From positions 124,001-188,000 of the IMG/VR virus record IMGVR_UViG_3300050120_000361: 64,000 nt of DNA; one strand, 5' to 3'. Shown one piece after another: positions 11,043-21,133 of this stretch. How positions within the stretch are numbered: the stretch's first letter is position 1; each line of letters opens with the position of its first letter. A program made the translations under genes and the position numbers. The notes under the pieces were generated by a model that was given only the letters and a program-made list of their open reading frames with translations, did no database searches and was not told the DNA's origin.

Positions 11043-11411
11043 ATGCCACAAATCACAGAAAACCAGAGCACTGGCGGTGTTGCCGTCACTGGCCAAGTAT
11101 CAAAACTCCGCCAGTTCCGCAGGAACGCCTGGAACTCATTCAAGTCAAAATCGCCCAAGTGGGTGGTTTTCCTTCAGGGGATGTGCGTCGCGGTGGGCGG
11201 CTACGGGGCCACGCTCCAGGCCACCCACTTCACGATCAAGGGGCTTTCATTCCTCAACGACCTCGCGCCCGAAATGATTGAAGCGAGCGTTGTCGCCGGC
11301 GTGGCCCTGCAGTTCATTCAGCGCGTTGAGTCAGCCATACTCGCCCCAGGAGACACCATAAGGAACGAGACCGACAAGCCCGTGCAGGTTGACGTCCCTA
11401 CCGAGCAGTAA
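11043..11411 (+). CDS. holin-like membrane protein
   Basis: Basic amphipathic FKSKSPKW segment followed by two hydrophobic helices, as in small Bacteroidota phage membrane proteins. Confidence 0.4.
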   Translation: MPQITENQSTGGVAVTGQVSKLRQFRRNAWNSFKSKSPKWVVFLQGMCVAVGGYGATLQATHFTIKGLSFLNDLAPEMIEASVVAGVALQFIQRVESAILAPGDTIRNETDKPVQVDVPTEQ

Positions 11412-11453
11412 TTGCTGAAAATCCGCGCACAGCCAGCACAACATACATAGAAG

Positions 11454-12293
11454 ATGATAAGGGTACAATCAGAGAACCAGGGAAAAAGCAACCAGTCCAA
11501 CGGGGCGCTTCGGCTGACCGAAGCCGACAGGGAATTCGTCGACAGGGTTAACAACAGGATAACCGTTTTCGGGCAGATACCATACACCGTTCCCGAACAG
11601 ATGATTGTAGCCATGATTAAGGCGTCCGCGCGCTACTTCTACAAGTTCGACTCCAAGACCTGGGCGCGCAAGACCATATACATACGCTCTGACACCATAA
11701 AGCGTTACATAGACGACGTGCAGGACGACTCCTCCTCGAACGCCAAGATTTCAGGTTCGAGCGTGTCTTTCGGCATACAGCTGACCAAGGACATAATACT
11801 CGTTAGGGGGGTTACGGAGATGAAGGCGTACAGGGCCCAGGAGCTTACCGAGGCCATGGACCTTACAACCTATGGCGGAACCGCCGGCGCGATAGGCATA
11901 AACAACAACCTGTTCGTCATAGAGCGCGCGTGCGTGGCCCAGGAGCGCAAGGTCTTCGACAGCGTATTCAAGTCCACCATAGTGTACGACTTCACCCCCG
12001 GCACGGGCTTTCTGACCATATTCAACAAGTCGCACGAGGGCCTTTCGCTGATGCTGGACGTGGAGAAGGCCGTGGCGATAGAGTACCTGTACAACGACTC
12101 CTACTTCGAAAGGCACGTGATAGCGTGCGTGAAGCGGGAGCTTAAAAGGGTGCTTGGAGGCCACGTCTTCGAACTGCCGGGCGGAGTTACCATGAACGCA
12201 GACGAGATATGCAACAACCTGGACGACGCCGAAAAGATTGAGGAACTGCTGAAGCAGGGGGGCGGCGTCGGGGACATAATAATGAAGCGGTAA
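11454..12293 (+). CDS. gp13: neck protein, T4 gp13-like
   Basis: C-terminal VKRELKRVLGGHVFELPGGVTMNADEI matches the gp13 LPGGVTLNG signature. Confidence 0.75.
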   Translation: MIRVQSENQGKSNQSNGALRLTEADREFVDRVNNRITVFGQIPYTVPEQMIVAMIKASARYFYKFDSKTWARKTIYIRSDTIKRYIDDVQDDSSSNAKISGSSVSFGIQLTKDIILVRGVTEMKAYRAQELTEAMDLTTYGGTAGAIGINNNLFVIERACVAQERKVFDSVFKSTIVYDFTPGTGFLTIFNKSHEGLSLMLDVEKAVAIEYLYNDSYFERHVIACVKRELKRVLGGHVFELPGGVTMNADEICNNLDDAEKIEELLKQGGGVGDIIMKR

Positions 12294-12309
12294 ACCAAAA
12301 ATTAAGGAT

Positions 12310-12705
12310 ATGAAGATACTTACGGCAATACTTCTGATAATGGTGGCGATGGCGCTGTGCGTCCTGCTTTTCCCCTTGTGCGTGGCGTTCGCGGTAATCT
12401 ACTTCGCCCTGGCCAGGGAGGACTCAACTGGATGGTACAACTGGTTCTACCGCATAGCATTGGGTCTTGACATGCTTGGAAACACTGTGTGCGGTCCGCT
12501 GTTCAATGTGGTAATGATAAGGGCCGGCGGCTACTGCTTCGGGCTTGACGGCGAGACCATAAGCTCGGCCCTTGGTAAGAACGTGGTCAGAGGGACGCTC
12601 ACCTGGCCTGGAAGGCTCCTCAACTGGCTGCTCTGCAGGATACAGGCCAACCACGCGGTACTGTCAATTGAAGAAGGGGTCAGTAATCCGGATATTAGGG
12701 AATAA
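12310..12705 (+). CDS. conserved phage membrane protein
   Basis: N-terminal TM helix; D..GN ... FG..GETISS.LGKN motif of a widespread phage protein family. Confidence 0.6.
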   Translation: MKILTAILLIMVAMALCVLLFPLCVAFAVIYFALAREDSTGWYNWFYRIALGLDMLGNTVCGPLFNVVMIRAGGYCFGLDGETISSALGKNVVRGTLTWPGRLLNWLLCRIQANHAVLSIEEGVSNPDIRE

Positions 12706-12717
12706 ACACACTGATAA

Positions 12718-13134
12718 ATGGCCGCACAGCAAAGCACCCCATTCCCCAAGACAATAGCAATGCGCGAGAGCCCAGACCGTGAAAGGCTGGACAGGTTCGA
12801 CGCATGCGGAAACGCTGTAGGGTTTCTGAAGATAGACAAGCCAGCCTTCAACGTTGCATACATCTGGCACCTCAAGGTGCTCAAGGAGTACCGCAACCAG
12901 GGGCACGCCAAAGAGCTCATGCGTTCCGCCATAGATAGGATAAGGGCCATTTACACCGGGGTGACCGTAATAACCATAAACGCCTGCCCCTTCGAGGACG
13001 GTGCGTGCCCGCTCGAATCGCTCGTCAGGCTGTACGAAAGCTTCGGCTTTGAGACATTCGCCGGCACGCAGACAACCAGGAGCATGAAGCTCGATTTGGC
13101 GCAGAAGGGCCTGCTAAGGTTCGGCGGGCAATGA
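12718..13134 (+). CDS. GNAT-family acetyltransferase
   Basis: Acetyl-CoA motif A (LKVLKEYRNQGHAKELM) and motif B (LVRLYESFGF). Confidence 0.8.
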   Translation: MAAQQSTPFPKTIAMRESPDRERLDRFDACGNAVGFLKIDKPAFNVAYIWHLKVLKEYRNQGHAKELMRSAIDRIRAIYTGVTVITINACPFEDGACPLESLVRLYESFGFETFAGTQTTRSMKLDLAQKGLLRFGGQ

Positions 13135-13178
13135 CGGGAAAATGAGGCAGAAACGCAAGGCATAAATACAGTACAGGC

Positions 13179-13463
13179 ATGGAATACTTCACCGTCGACG
13201 GAATACTCAAAAAGGGACTGGTGGAGTTCATCGGCACATGGAATTTGGTTCTAAAGCTTAAGGGGGACTGGTACCAGATACCATTCACTGACTTGGACCA
13301 CGAGTTCCCGGGACACAGGTTCCGGTTCAGGGGACTGAACCCGCTGGAGGCCAATCTGCTGATAGACGAGATTTCGCACGAGCTCCTGTACAATTGGAGC
13401 TACTTCGAGCACATAATGGCCCACAACATGATTGAACAGTCGAAGGTAAAAACGAAAAGGTAA
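13179..13463 (+). CDS. hypothetical protein
   Basis: Fills the gap between neighbours on the + strand; TAAATA motif just upstream. Confidence 0.55.
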   Translation: MEYFTVDGILKKGLVEFIGTWNLVLKLKGDWYQIPFTDLDHEFPGHRFRFRGLNPLEANLLIDEISHELLYNWSYFEHIMAHNMIEQSKVKTKR

Positions 13464-13483
13464 AAACAAAAATCGATAATATT

Positions 13484-14095
13484 ATGAGTAATTCAGCGAA
13501 CGGAATACTTCCAAAGGATAAGCCAAAACTGGCCCAGGACGCCCTTAGGGCCCTTATAACAGGCATCGACCGCACCCTACACCCCATAGTGGTTGTCGGC
13601 GTCAGGAGCTACTACCTGTCAATGGGCAAAGGGGCCGCCGTGACGAGAGACCTGTACGATGACGCCATATTCCTGGACACACCGAACATGACAATGAACT
13701 TCAACGCCAACACCGACCCTACGGCGTACCGCAAGGGTCAGGGCACCGGCGCCACCAAGGGCATGGCCTCCCTGAACGCCGGCACATGGTACGCCCACCA
13801 GTTCGGAATACACAATGGAGAGTACCCGGCGCTTATACAGACTGGCGGCCAGGTCGGCGTTACACGCGACGGCGACCCGCCGTACCAGGACAAGGGCTGG
13901 TTCGGCATAAACATCCACAAGGGCGGTTGGGGCATCACCTCAAGCGAGGGGTGCCAGACGATATACCCGAGCGAGTGGCCCGACTTCATAAACAATGCCA
14001 CCAGCGAGGCGATAAGGCTTTTCGGCGCGGACAAGTACAAGGCGCAGATAATCCCATACCTCCTGATAGAGAACACAGGCCAGATAAGCCACTAA
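13484..14095 (+). CDS. putative endolysin / peptidoglycan peptidase with L,D-transpeptidase-like catalytic motif
   Basis: GINIHKGG...SSEGCQ His/Cys motif; near holin-like genes; followed by a terminator. Confidence 0.6.
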   Translation: MSNSANGILPKDKPKLAQDALRALITGIDRTLHPIVVVGVRSYYLSMGKGAAVTRDLYDDAIFLDTPNMTMNFNANTDPTAYRKGQGTGATKGMASLNAGTWYAHQFGIHNGEYPALIQTGGQVGVTRDGDPPYQDKGWFGINIHKGGWGITSSEGCQTIYPSEWPDFINNATSEAIRLFGADKYKAQIIPYLLIENTGQISH

Positions 14096-14137
14096 GGAAA
14101 ATCGTAAACCGTACGTCGTTCTACATTGCGATTGATT

Positions 14138-14169
14138 GCCCGAGAAAGGTTTTTCCTTCTCGGGCTTTA
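14138..14169 (+). terminator. intrinsic terminator hairpin
   Basis: GCCCGAGAAAGG-TTTTT-CCTTCTCGGGC followed by TTTA. Confidence 0.65.
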
Positions 14170-14173
14170 TCCA

Positions 14174-14179
14174 TAAATA
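14174..14179 (+). promoter_or_regulatory. putative late promoter TAAATA
   Basis: T4 late promoter core; between a terminator and the structural operon. Confidence 0.55.
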
Positions 14180-14207
14180 CACAATAACGCCAACAAACAA
14201 AATAATT

Positions 14208-17200
14208 ATGCAGTCGAGTGCCGAAGTTATACTTGCCAACATGGAAATGCTCTACGAGAACATTTTCAACCTTCTCGTGGGTTTCCAGAACGCTTCGGGC
14301 TCTTCGCAGGCTGTCGTGGAGGTCACGCTCAAGAACTCGGACGGCAGCGTTTCAACTTACCCGATAAACACGTTCCAGAACCTCCAAAAGGATTTGGCCC
14401 GCATAGACGCGAACTTCACCTCGCTTACAAACTCGGACAACATATCCTACATACTCGCGGCTGACGGCAGCATATCCCAGTACGCAAAGACCACCTTCAT
14501 GAACGCGGAGTACCTGTCCGGGTTCAAGTTCGGAACCGCCAAAAACGCCACGGACGCCGCCGCGAACTGCATAGTGGACAACTCATCGCTTCTGAAGCAG
14601 ATGGTTTTCCCGAACGTTAAGATACCAATACTCATTGACAGCACCATAATCACGCCCGTGAGGTGCAGGTACTATGACGTTTCCGTGGGATGGGACCAGG
14701 TACCCGCCAATCCGGACGTCGCCACGATAGAGTACCTGATGAGTCAGGGGACAATCGTGGCCGTCAAGGATGAGACGGTTCTGGAGCTTGAGAAGGAGCA
14801 GATACAGTACTTCGGCAACTTCACACTAACGTCTGCCTCAATGACAGGCAACACGGCTACGGTGCAGTTCGCCTCATGGACATACCAGAACCTGTACACC
14901 ACAGGGAGCCCGATAACGCTTAAGATTGGGGACCTGCTGGTTACCGCCGCCGGCTCCACACAGTTCCAGATAGCGGCTATAGACACCTTCACCGGCGTGG
15001 CGACACTGAACCGGGTCGCCGGTACGGGCTCCGTGGCCGTTGGCGTGAGCGTGCTTCAGTACAATCAGGTTCTTGCGAACCCTGAACAGAATATAGTTGG
15101 TGTCCCTGTCACTCCAAACAAGACTTTCGTAATCTTCCTGTCTTCGCAGAACCTTGACGCGATTGGTTATCCGTCCGTAGGCATAAAATTGGACACATCC
15201 ACCTACCAGGTCACTGCCCAGGGCACCAACTATACTTTGGACGACTACTTCGAGAAGTTCGTAACGAACTTTTCCGACTACATATTCGCGCTGATAAACG
15301 AGACCACAATACCCCTGAGCCTCGGCGTCGCCCCGGCACAAATAGTGCTCGACCCAGCCAACTTCACCGTGATACAGACGAACGCGCACGTAACGGACGC
15401 AACCACCACGGCGCAGATAAGCTCGCTCAACCAGCAGAAGCAGAAGATACAGCTGGACATCAACTACCAGCAGACCCAGATAAACACCATACAGAACCAA
15501 ATCGACACGCAGAAGTTCAATTCTGCTTCGGCCAAGCAGGCGGCCCTGGACCAGATACAGGCCCTTAAGAACGCTATAGCGGTCGACAACCAGAACCTCC
15601 TAACCGTTGCCGCGAACCTTGACGCGGATGCGGTTCAGGCCGGACTCAAGTCATTGACGCCGGAGTACGCGGTCCTGGGCTTCTGGCCGATACAGCCGCC
15701 CATATTCTCTCCGCAGACCAAGGCCCAGAACATCATAGGCTACAACGTGCAGTACAGGTACCTGTCCGCTAACGCCGACACGGTGAACTCGACATCCCTG
15801 ACCATGATTGACAATGGGGTGCAGGTGAACGTCGTGTTTTCGGCCTGGAACCAGCTGCCAACGAGGTTCCTGAACAAGGTCCTCCAGCCGGACGGCTCAT
15901 CGGCCTGGGAGGTGCCGGTCCTTGACAGCGTAACCGACATCAACATAAACCAGGCGAACATACCCATAGGCCCCGGGGAGAGCGTTGAGGTAAAGGTGCA
16001 GGCGGTTTCCGAGGCAGGGTACCCAATAAGCTCCCTGACATCGCCTTGGAGCGACTCCCTGAGGATTGACTTTCCGACCTCGCTCGCCAACAACGCGCTT
16101 AACACGATAGTGACGCAGAACGTTACTGACCTGCAGAACGCGCAGTTCCAGAACATACTGCAGACGGCCGGGCTGCTCAAGCACATATCGGGCCAGATAC
16201 AGGAACAGGACCGCTTCTTCATGCACTCAGCCGATGACATAGCCTCGGGCTTCTACTCCCCGGAGCAGAACATAATAGATTTGAAGACGCTCCTGACACA
16301 GATACAGTCGAACATAGCGGCCCTTCAAAGCGCTTCGGTGCTAAACAACGTTACCGTTTCTATAGTGGACTTCGGCGGCGAGAGCTACGTGGTGCAGAAC
16401 AACTCAACAATAAACCTGCAGGCTGGCAACTATTCGGACAGCCTGAACCTGTTGGACAACACCAAGTGGGGCAGTATCATAAGGATGCAGGGTTCCATAC
16501 AGCTTGTGAACAATAACGCGCAGCCGATAGAGATTACCAGCCTCGTGCCGGGCTCGCAGTTCGACTCCACAACGGCCGCGAACTACTACAACACGCCCGT
16601 GAGGACGCAGACTGGATTGGTCCAGAACAGCAAGCAGATACTTTACTTCAGGAATTTGGACATCACCAACCAGACCGAAGACCTGTTCAAGCTCGTGAAG
16701 CCCAAGCTCGCCAACGCAGCCACCAATCCGAACCCGAACTACATAAACAACCAGGCTCTTGAGGCGGACAAGAACATAGTGTACTTGGACACCGACGGAA
16801 ACGTCAAGATATGCGCCCTGCTGTCCAATGCTGGAACCGACTTCGTCGCATTCACCACCGAGAACCCCGTATACGACGTGAACGCCAAGCAGAACATGCT
16901 GCCCGAGTTCGCGCGCGAGAAGCTGTACACGGACAACGTTAAGGCGCTCCAGTACCAGTCAGAGGAAACCGTGAACGACACGCTTGGCCTGGGCTTCAAT
17001 GACAACGACTTCTTCGCGATAGGAGAGACCACTTGCGGCGCCTTCCTCTACCCGATATTCAGCAACATAGCCGCTATAAGCGTTGTGGGCTCCAACACCA
17101 CGTCCTCGCTGATACTCGCTCCGGGCGCACAGATAGTCGTTCCCTTCATGTTCGAGTTCAGGATGATGGACCGGCTCGGAAACGTTGACGGCAGGACCGA

Positions 17201-17390
17201 CACTACGATAAACGACACAATGACCTACAGCAAGAAGGTGGGTCTGGACATGCTCCTCAACAACCAGATGTTCAAGTTCGACATAAACGTTTCAGCAAAC
17301 CTCAAATCCAATGTCGTTCCGATACCTTCCCTAAACGTGTCAAGCGTTACCGCCGCATTCGGAAATGAAACACCTGAAAATCCAAGCTAA
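14208..17390 (+). CDS. large virion structural (baseplate-like) protein
   Basis: Start moved to ATG 14208, after the terminator, TAAATA and A-rich leader; Gln/Asn coiled coil and an FN3-like VKVQAVSEAG..S..S.WS segment; operon with downstream tail genes. Confidence 0.55.
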   Translation: MQSSAEVILANMEMLYENIFNLLVGFQNASGSSQAVVEVTLKNSDGSVSTYPINTFQNLQKDLARIDANFTSLTNSDNISYILAADGSISQYAKTTFMNAEYLSGFKFGTAKNATDAAANCIVDNSSLLKQMVFPNVKIPILIDSTIITPVRCRYYDVSVGWDQVPANPDVATIEYLMSQGTIVAVKDETVLELEKEQIQYFGNFTLTSASMTGNTATVQFASWTYQNLYTTGSPITLKIGDLLVTAAGSTQFQIAAIDTFTGVATLNRVAGTGSVAVGVSVLQYNQVLANPEQNIVGVPVTPNKTFVIFLSSQNLDAIGYPSVGIKLDTSTYQVTAQGTNYTLDDYFEKFVTNFSDYIFALINETTIPLSLGVAPAQIVLDPANFTVIQTNAHVTDATTTAQISSLNQQKQKIQLDINYQQTQINTIQNQIDTQKFNSASAKQAALDQIQALKNAIAVDNQNLLTVAANLDADAVQAGLKSLTPEYAVLGFWPIQPPIFSPQTKAQNIIGYNVQYRYLSANADTVNSTSLTMIDNGVQVNVVFSAWNQLPTRFLNKVLQPDGSSAWEVPVLDSVTDININQANIPIGPGESVEVKVQAVSEAGYPISSLTSPWSDSLRIDFPTSLANNALNTIVTQNVTDLQNAQFQNILQTAGLLKHISGQIQEQDRFFMHSADDIASGFYSPEQNIIDLKTLLTQIQSNIAALQSASVLNNVTVSIVDFGGESYVVQNNSTINLQAGNYSDSLNLLDNTKWGSIIRMQGSIQLVNNNAQPIEITSLVPGSQFDSTTAANYYNTPVRTQTGLVQNSKQILYFRNLDITNQTEDLFKLVKPKLANAATNPNPNYINNQALEADKNIVYLDTDGNVKICALLSNAGTDFVAFTTENPVYDVNAKQNMLPEFAREKLYTDNVKALQYQSEETVNDTLGLGFNDNDFFAIGETTCGAFLYPIFSNIAAISVVGSNTTSSLILAPGAQIVVPFMFEFRMMDRLGNVDGRTDTTINDTMTYSKKVGLDMLLNNQMFKFDINVSANLKSNVVPIPSLNVSSVTAAFGNETPENPS

Positions 17391-17392
17391 GG

Positions 17393-20300
17393 ATGCTTCC
17401 AAACATATCTAATGAACTTTCGCCCAATATGTTCGAAGCGTCCACGGGCGTTTTGAACTTCGCTCCCATAAAGATTTCAGGGCAGTACAAGATCGTCATA
17501 GACATAAACCAGCAGCTCTGGCTCGACGACTACAACAACCGCAGGGTCGCCGTGAACCTCGGAGCCGACTTCCTGCCGCAGGCGGCGGCTTTCCTCAGGA
17601 CGCCGACAGTGCTCAAGGACAACAGCAACACCGCGTACGGCGGCTACAACCCCGCGGCGCACAAGACATGGCACGTTCCACTGTACCTGGGAAGCGACGG
17701 CGCGCTGCCCACCCACTTCGTCGTCTCACAGGCGGTTAACCAGGCGATAACCGACCCGTCCGTGCTTCAAAACTATTCCAGCATAATATCGCTTGTGGAC
17801 CTGAAGCAGTGCGGCGTCTTTGGCATTCTGCAGCAGATACAGGAACAGGCCATAAACGACTATCCTGTGCAAATGGATTGGGATGGCGGCGTGGCCACTA
17901 TTTACGGGTTCTCGATACAGAAGGCGGCTTTTGTCCAACAGGCCATAACCCTACTTGACAGCCAGTCGAACCAGCCGTACTACGCGGTGCTTAACAACAT
18001 GTTCCTGAACTCTTTCAAGAACAACGGCATATTCTTTCCCAAGTTCGTTAACATTGAGATGGAGTTCGACTACGTTAACGACAAAGTCCACTTCAACAAC
18101 TTCTACGGCTACCTGACAACGGCCAAGCCTATACAGCTTTCCGACTACAGCCAGTCATTCGTAACTGCCAGGGTAAAGGAGTACCCGCAAAGGATTGAAT
18201 GGGAGCAGCAGCTTTCGGGCACTCAGCAGCTCGCACAGTACCAGCTCGTTCAGGGCTCCACCACCATAATAGCGCTTGACGCCCAACCGGCACAGATACG
18301 CATACTCGCCAAGAGGATACAGGCCGGTGACGTGCTCACGGTAAAGCATCCGGACACCAGCACCTACTTCACTTATACGGTACTTCCGGCGGACATACGC
18401 CCAACGCTGCTCGCAACGCTCAAGCAGCTGTGCATCAAATTGACCACTGTTTCCAACAGGTTCCTTGTTTTCACGTGCGACGTCAATGACGTGATAACAG
18501 TATCCGCTAACATAGACGACGACCTGATAGAGGGCTACACCGTAATGCTTCCACCGAGCATGTCCTACGAGGACGGCAGGAGCAATTTCATGCAGATAAC
18601 CAATAAGGACCTCGCATTGAGTTCGGCGCTCGACGTCGCAACGGCACTTACATGGTCTGATTTGATAATAAACGGAATTGACTACGTGCTCGTAACGGCC
18701 TTCAGTTTCGCCGGCCAGACAATAGTGCGCCTTAACAAGCAGCCGGTAATCACCAAGTACACAACCGCTCAGATATTCAGCACCGTTACCGAGGACCTGC
18801 TGCAGCTCAGGCCTCTGCCATGGTTTACGTACAATTCCGACCTGGCAGCTGTTCCGCAGTACGACATCGGGGCATACTGCGCCGAACTTACAAAGAAATT
18901 CGTTACTGACTCGGTTCAAGACCAGGAACTGAAGGACGCTTCCACCGCGGCCATAACCGACTTCCTCGCGGAGAACACGGCTATTGACGTGACTCCCTAC
19001 GTAAGCATGGACGGAAACGGCAATTTCAACTCGGAAGACCACGTGACATACGATGCCACCCCGAACGACAACGGGGTGCTTCTGATGTCCTTCAACACTC
19101 CAGGCAGCACCTCGTTCGTGACCCCGAACACCTTCAATATGGACATGCAGTTCTGGGACAAGAACGGGAACCCGGACCCCAAGCTGCTTAAGCTTGACCC
19201 GCTGCGCTTCCACTGGTTTTTGATAAAGGGCGAGGCTCCGGCGTACGTGTCACAGGACGTGAGGCGGTTCAGGTACTTCACGGACGCGCCGGCCATAGGC
19301 TCGAGGCTCATAGCGAACGGCGCACTTTACTCCGGGGAGGCTTACTGCGAAACGGTGTTCCTCGGCGTAAGGTACCAGTTGCCGCAAAAGTACTCTGGCT
19401 ACCTTTTCTCGGTTTACCTTGACCCAAATGACGATACCCACCAGTCTGTTGCCTACAATTTCGAGATAGACGACGCGAACAGGCTGCTCAGGCTCAGGAT
19501 AGCAAAGTACCTGGACTTCAGCGACCTTATGCGCGGCTCTGACAGCGGCAATACGGCATTCCTGGACGTAGGGGCGCTATACTCTGTAAAGGAGTCCTAC
19601 AACACCAAGTCCACCAACATAGCGGGCTTCCAGCCTGGCGGCTTGATGCTTGGAGACAAGACAATCCAGACAGTCTTCAATTCCACGCTCACAACGGACA
19701 TGAAGATCCAGGACACTGATGGCACCTGGTACATATGCCTCAAGAGGTCCTCAGCCGTGGTTACTCAGCCATTGGATGAGATGTTCCTGCCGGCCGGAAA
19801 CGGAAAGTTCTCCATATTCTCCAAAGTGACCGTTGACGGGACAGTCTACGAGTACATGTCGGTTGACTTCACAATAGTCGGCATACACCAGATAGCGCCA
19901 AACTACCTTTGGTGCAGGGACCTTCAGGTGCAATTCTTCGACACTCCGAGCATTTTCATAAATCAGTGGAGCCTCGACCCTGTGGAGATATTCCCAGTGG
20001 ATAAGTCCACAATACTGTCATCCGTACCGGTTTCCGGAAACGTATACGGCGACGACAACATAATAGCCACTATACTCGTTGACGGCTCGAACCAGCAGTT
20101 CAGGCTGTTAAACCACGACAAGGTTTTCTCCTTCATCGAGGATTGGTTCGAACTATCGCGCGTTATAACCTACGCATTGGACACGGCAATACCGGGACAG
20201 CTGGTAGATACTGACTTCTACTTCCCAGGCGGGCTGTACAACGGATGGACACTCGACCAGATAAAGGCGCAGTTCCTTGAAAGCTCCTTCGACAGCATGA

Positions 20301-21127
20301 CGCCCAAGCAGCTTATAACCCTATTCGACAGGAACCAGATATGGCACATGCTTAGGGACGTGATGCTTACGGATACGGTCTTCAAGGAGAGCACTTCAAA
20401 GCAGATAATAAACAATCTGGCGCAGCTGCTCGTTTCGCAGCTGCAGGACTCAGCGAACCTTGGCTCGCTTCCGGCAACGGGCGGTTCTGGCTCGCAGGCG
20501 GACAAGTTCATAAACATGACGGTCGTGGGCACGGACGTAAACTTGGCCATATGGAAGACGGGGCCTGCCGGCGCGCTTACGCCGAAGCTGCACGCGCTCA
20601 ACAGGTTCCACGGGCCCTACCTGCCCTACCTGCGCAAGCTCGACAATGAGCTTCAGTTCCAGTCTGAAGTTTCGACAAAGCCGCAGTCATCCATACTCAA
20701 CATATGGGACCCGAACTTCGGAGGCTTGGGCGTGAGCGCCACGGGCCTCTGGGCTGAGGTTGAGGGCAACGTGGTGAGTTCGCTGTTCTGCATGGACAAG
20801 ACGCTCGTTGTCACGGAGGCGTTCGGCACCCAGTTCGATATGCGCCAGCTTCTCGGCACACTGATAACGATAGACGAGGCGATAATAGTGAACGACAACG
20901 CGGCGTATATAAGCAGGATAAACGCGAATGTGGACCAGTACATAGTGTCTTCATACATCGATTGGCTGCTGCTCAACATGTACGGTCTCGGCACGGTAAC
21001 CAATGAATTGGGCCAAAAGGTCGCCTTTACCGTGTCCACCACAAACGCGTATATAATAAACTTCCAACCGGCAAATACATACCAGACAAGGTTTAATATG
21101 CTGGTATTCAACTTCATAAGGAAATAA
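17393..21127 (+). CDS. large virion structural (baseplate wedge-like) protein
   Basis: 1244 aa, tightly coupled between structural genes, beta-rich; no specific motif recognised. Confidence 0.45.
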   Translation: MLPNISNELSPNMFEASTGVLNFAPIKISGQYKIVIDINQQLWLDDYNNRRVAVNLGADFLPQAAAFLRTPTVLKDNSNTAYGGYNPAAHKTWHVPLYLGSDGALPTHFVVSQAVNQAITDPSVLQNYSSIISLVDLKQCGVFGILQQIQEQAINDYPVQMDWDGGVATIYGFSIQKAAFVQQAITLLDSQSNQPYYAVLNNMFLNSFKNNGIFFPKFVNIEMEFDYVNDKVHFNNFYGYLTTAKPIQLSDYSQSFVTARVKEYPQRIEWEQQLSGTQQLAQYQLVQGSTTIIALDAQPAQIRILAKRIQAGDVLTVKHPDTSTYFTYTVLPADIRPTLLATLKQLCIKLTTVSNRFLVFTCDVNDVITVSANIDDDLIEGYTVMLPPSMSYEDGRSNFMQITNKDLALSSALDVATALTWSDLIINGIDYVLVTAFSFAGQTIVRLNKQPVITKYTTAQIFSTVTEDLLQLRPLPWFTYNSDLAAVPQYDIGAYCAELTKKFVTDSVQDQELKDASTAAITDFLAENTAIDVTPYVSMDGNGNFNSEDHVTYDATPNDNGVLLMSFNTPGSTSFVTPNTFNMDMQFWDKNGNPDPKLLKLDPLRFHWFLIKGEAPAYVSQDVRRFRYFTDAPAIGSRLIANGALYSGEAYCETVFLGVRYQLPQKYSGYLFSVYLDPNDDTHQSVAYNFEIDDANRLLRLRIAKYLDFSDLMRGSDSGNTAFLDVGALYSVKESYNTKSTNIAGFQPGGLMLGDKTIQTVFNSTLTTDMKIQDTDGTWYICLKRSSAVVTQPLDEMFLPAGNGKFSIFSKVTVDGTVYEYMSVDFTIVGIHQIAPNYLWCRDLQVQFFDTPSIFINQWSLDPVEIFPVDKSTILSSVPVSGNVYGDDNIIATILVDGSNQQFRLLNHDKVFSFIEDWFELSRVITYALDTAIPGQLVDTDFYFPGGLYNGWTLDQIKAQFLESSFDSMTPKQLITLFDRNQIWHMLRDVMLTDTVFKESTSKQIINNLAQLLVSQLQDSANLGSLPATGGSGSQADKFINMTVVGTDVNLAIWKTGPAGALTPKLHALNRFHGPYLPYLRKLDNELQFQSEVSTKPQSSILNIWDPNFGGLGVSATGLWAEVEGNVVSSLFCMDKTLVVTEAFGTQFDMRQLLGTLITIDEAIIVNDNAAYISRINANVDQYIVSSYIDWLLLNMYGLGTVTNELGQKVAFTVSTTNAYIINFQPANTYQTRFNMLVFNFIRK

Positions 21128-21133
21128 CAGGAA

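Noticed and set aside
14136-14207. N-terminal extension of the 1084-aa ORF from the track start
   Set aside because: It overlaps the terminator and TAAATA motif; ATG 14208 has the typical leader.
18155-19213. Long minus-strand ORFs (also 8571..9431, 25931..26905, 58273..59247)
   Set aside because: They lie antisense to convincing + strand genes and are Val/Leu/Arg-rich shadows of codon bias.
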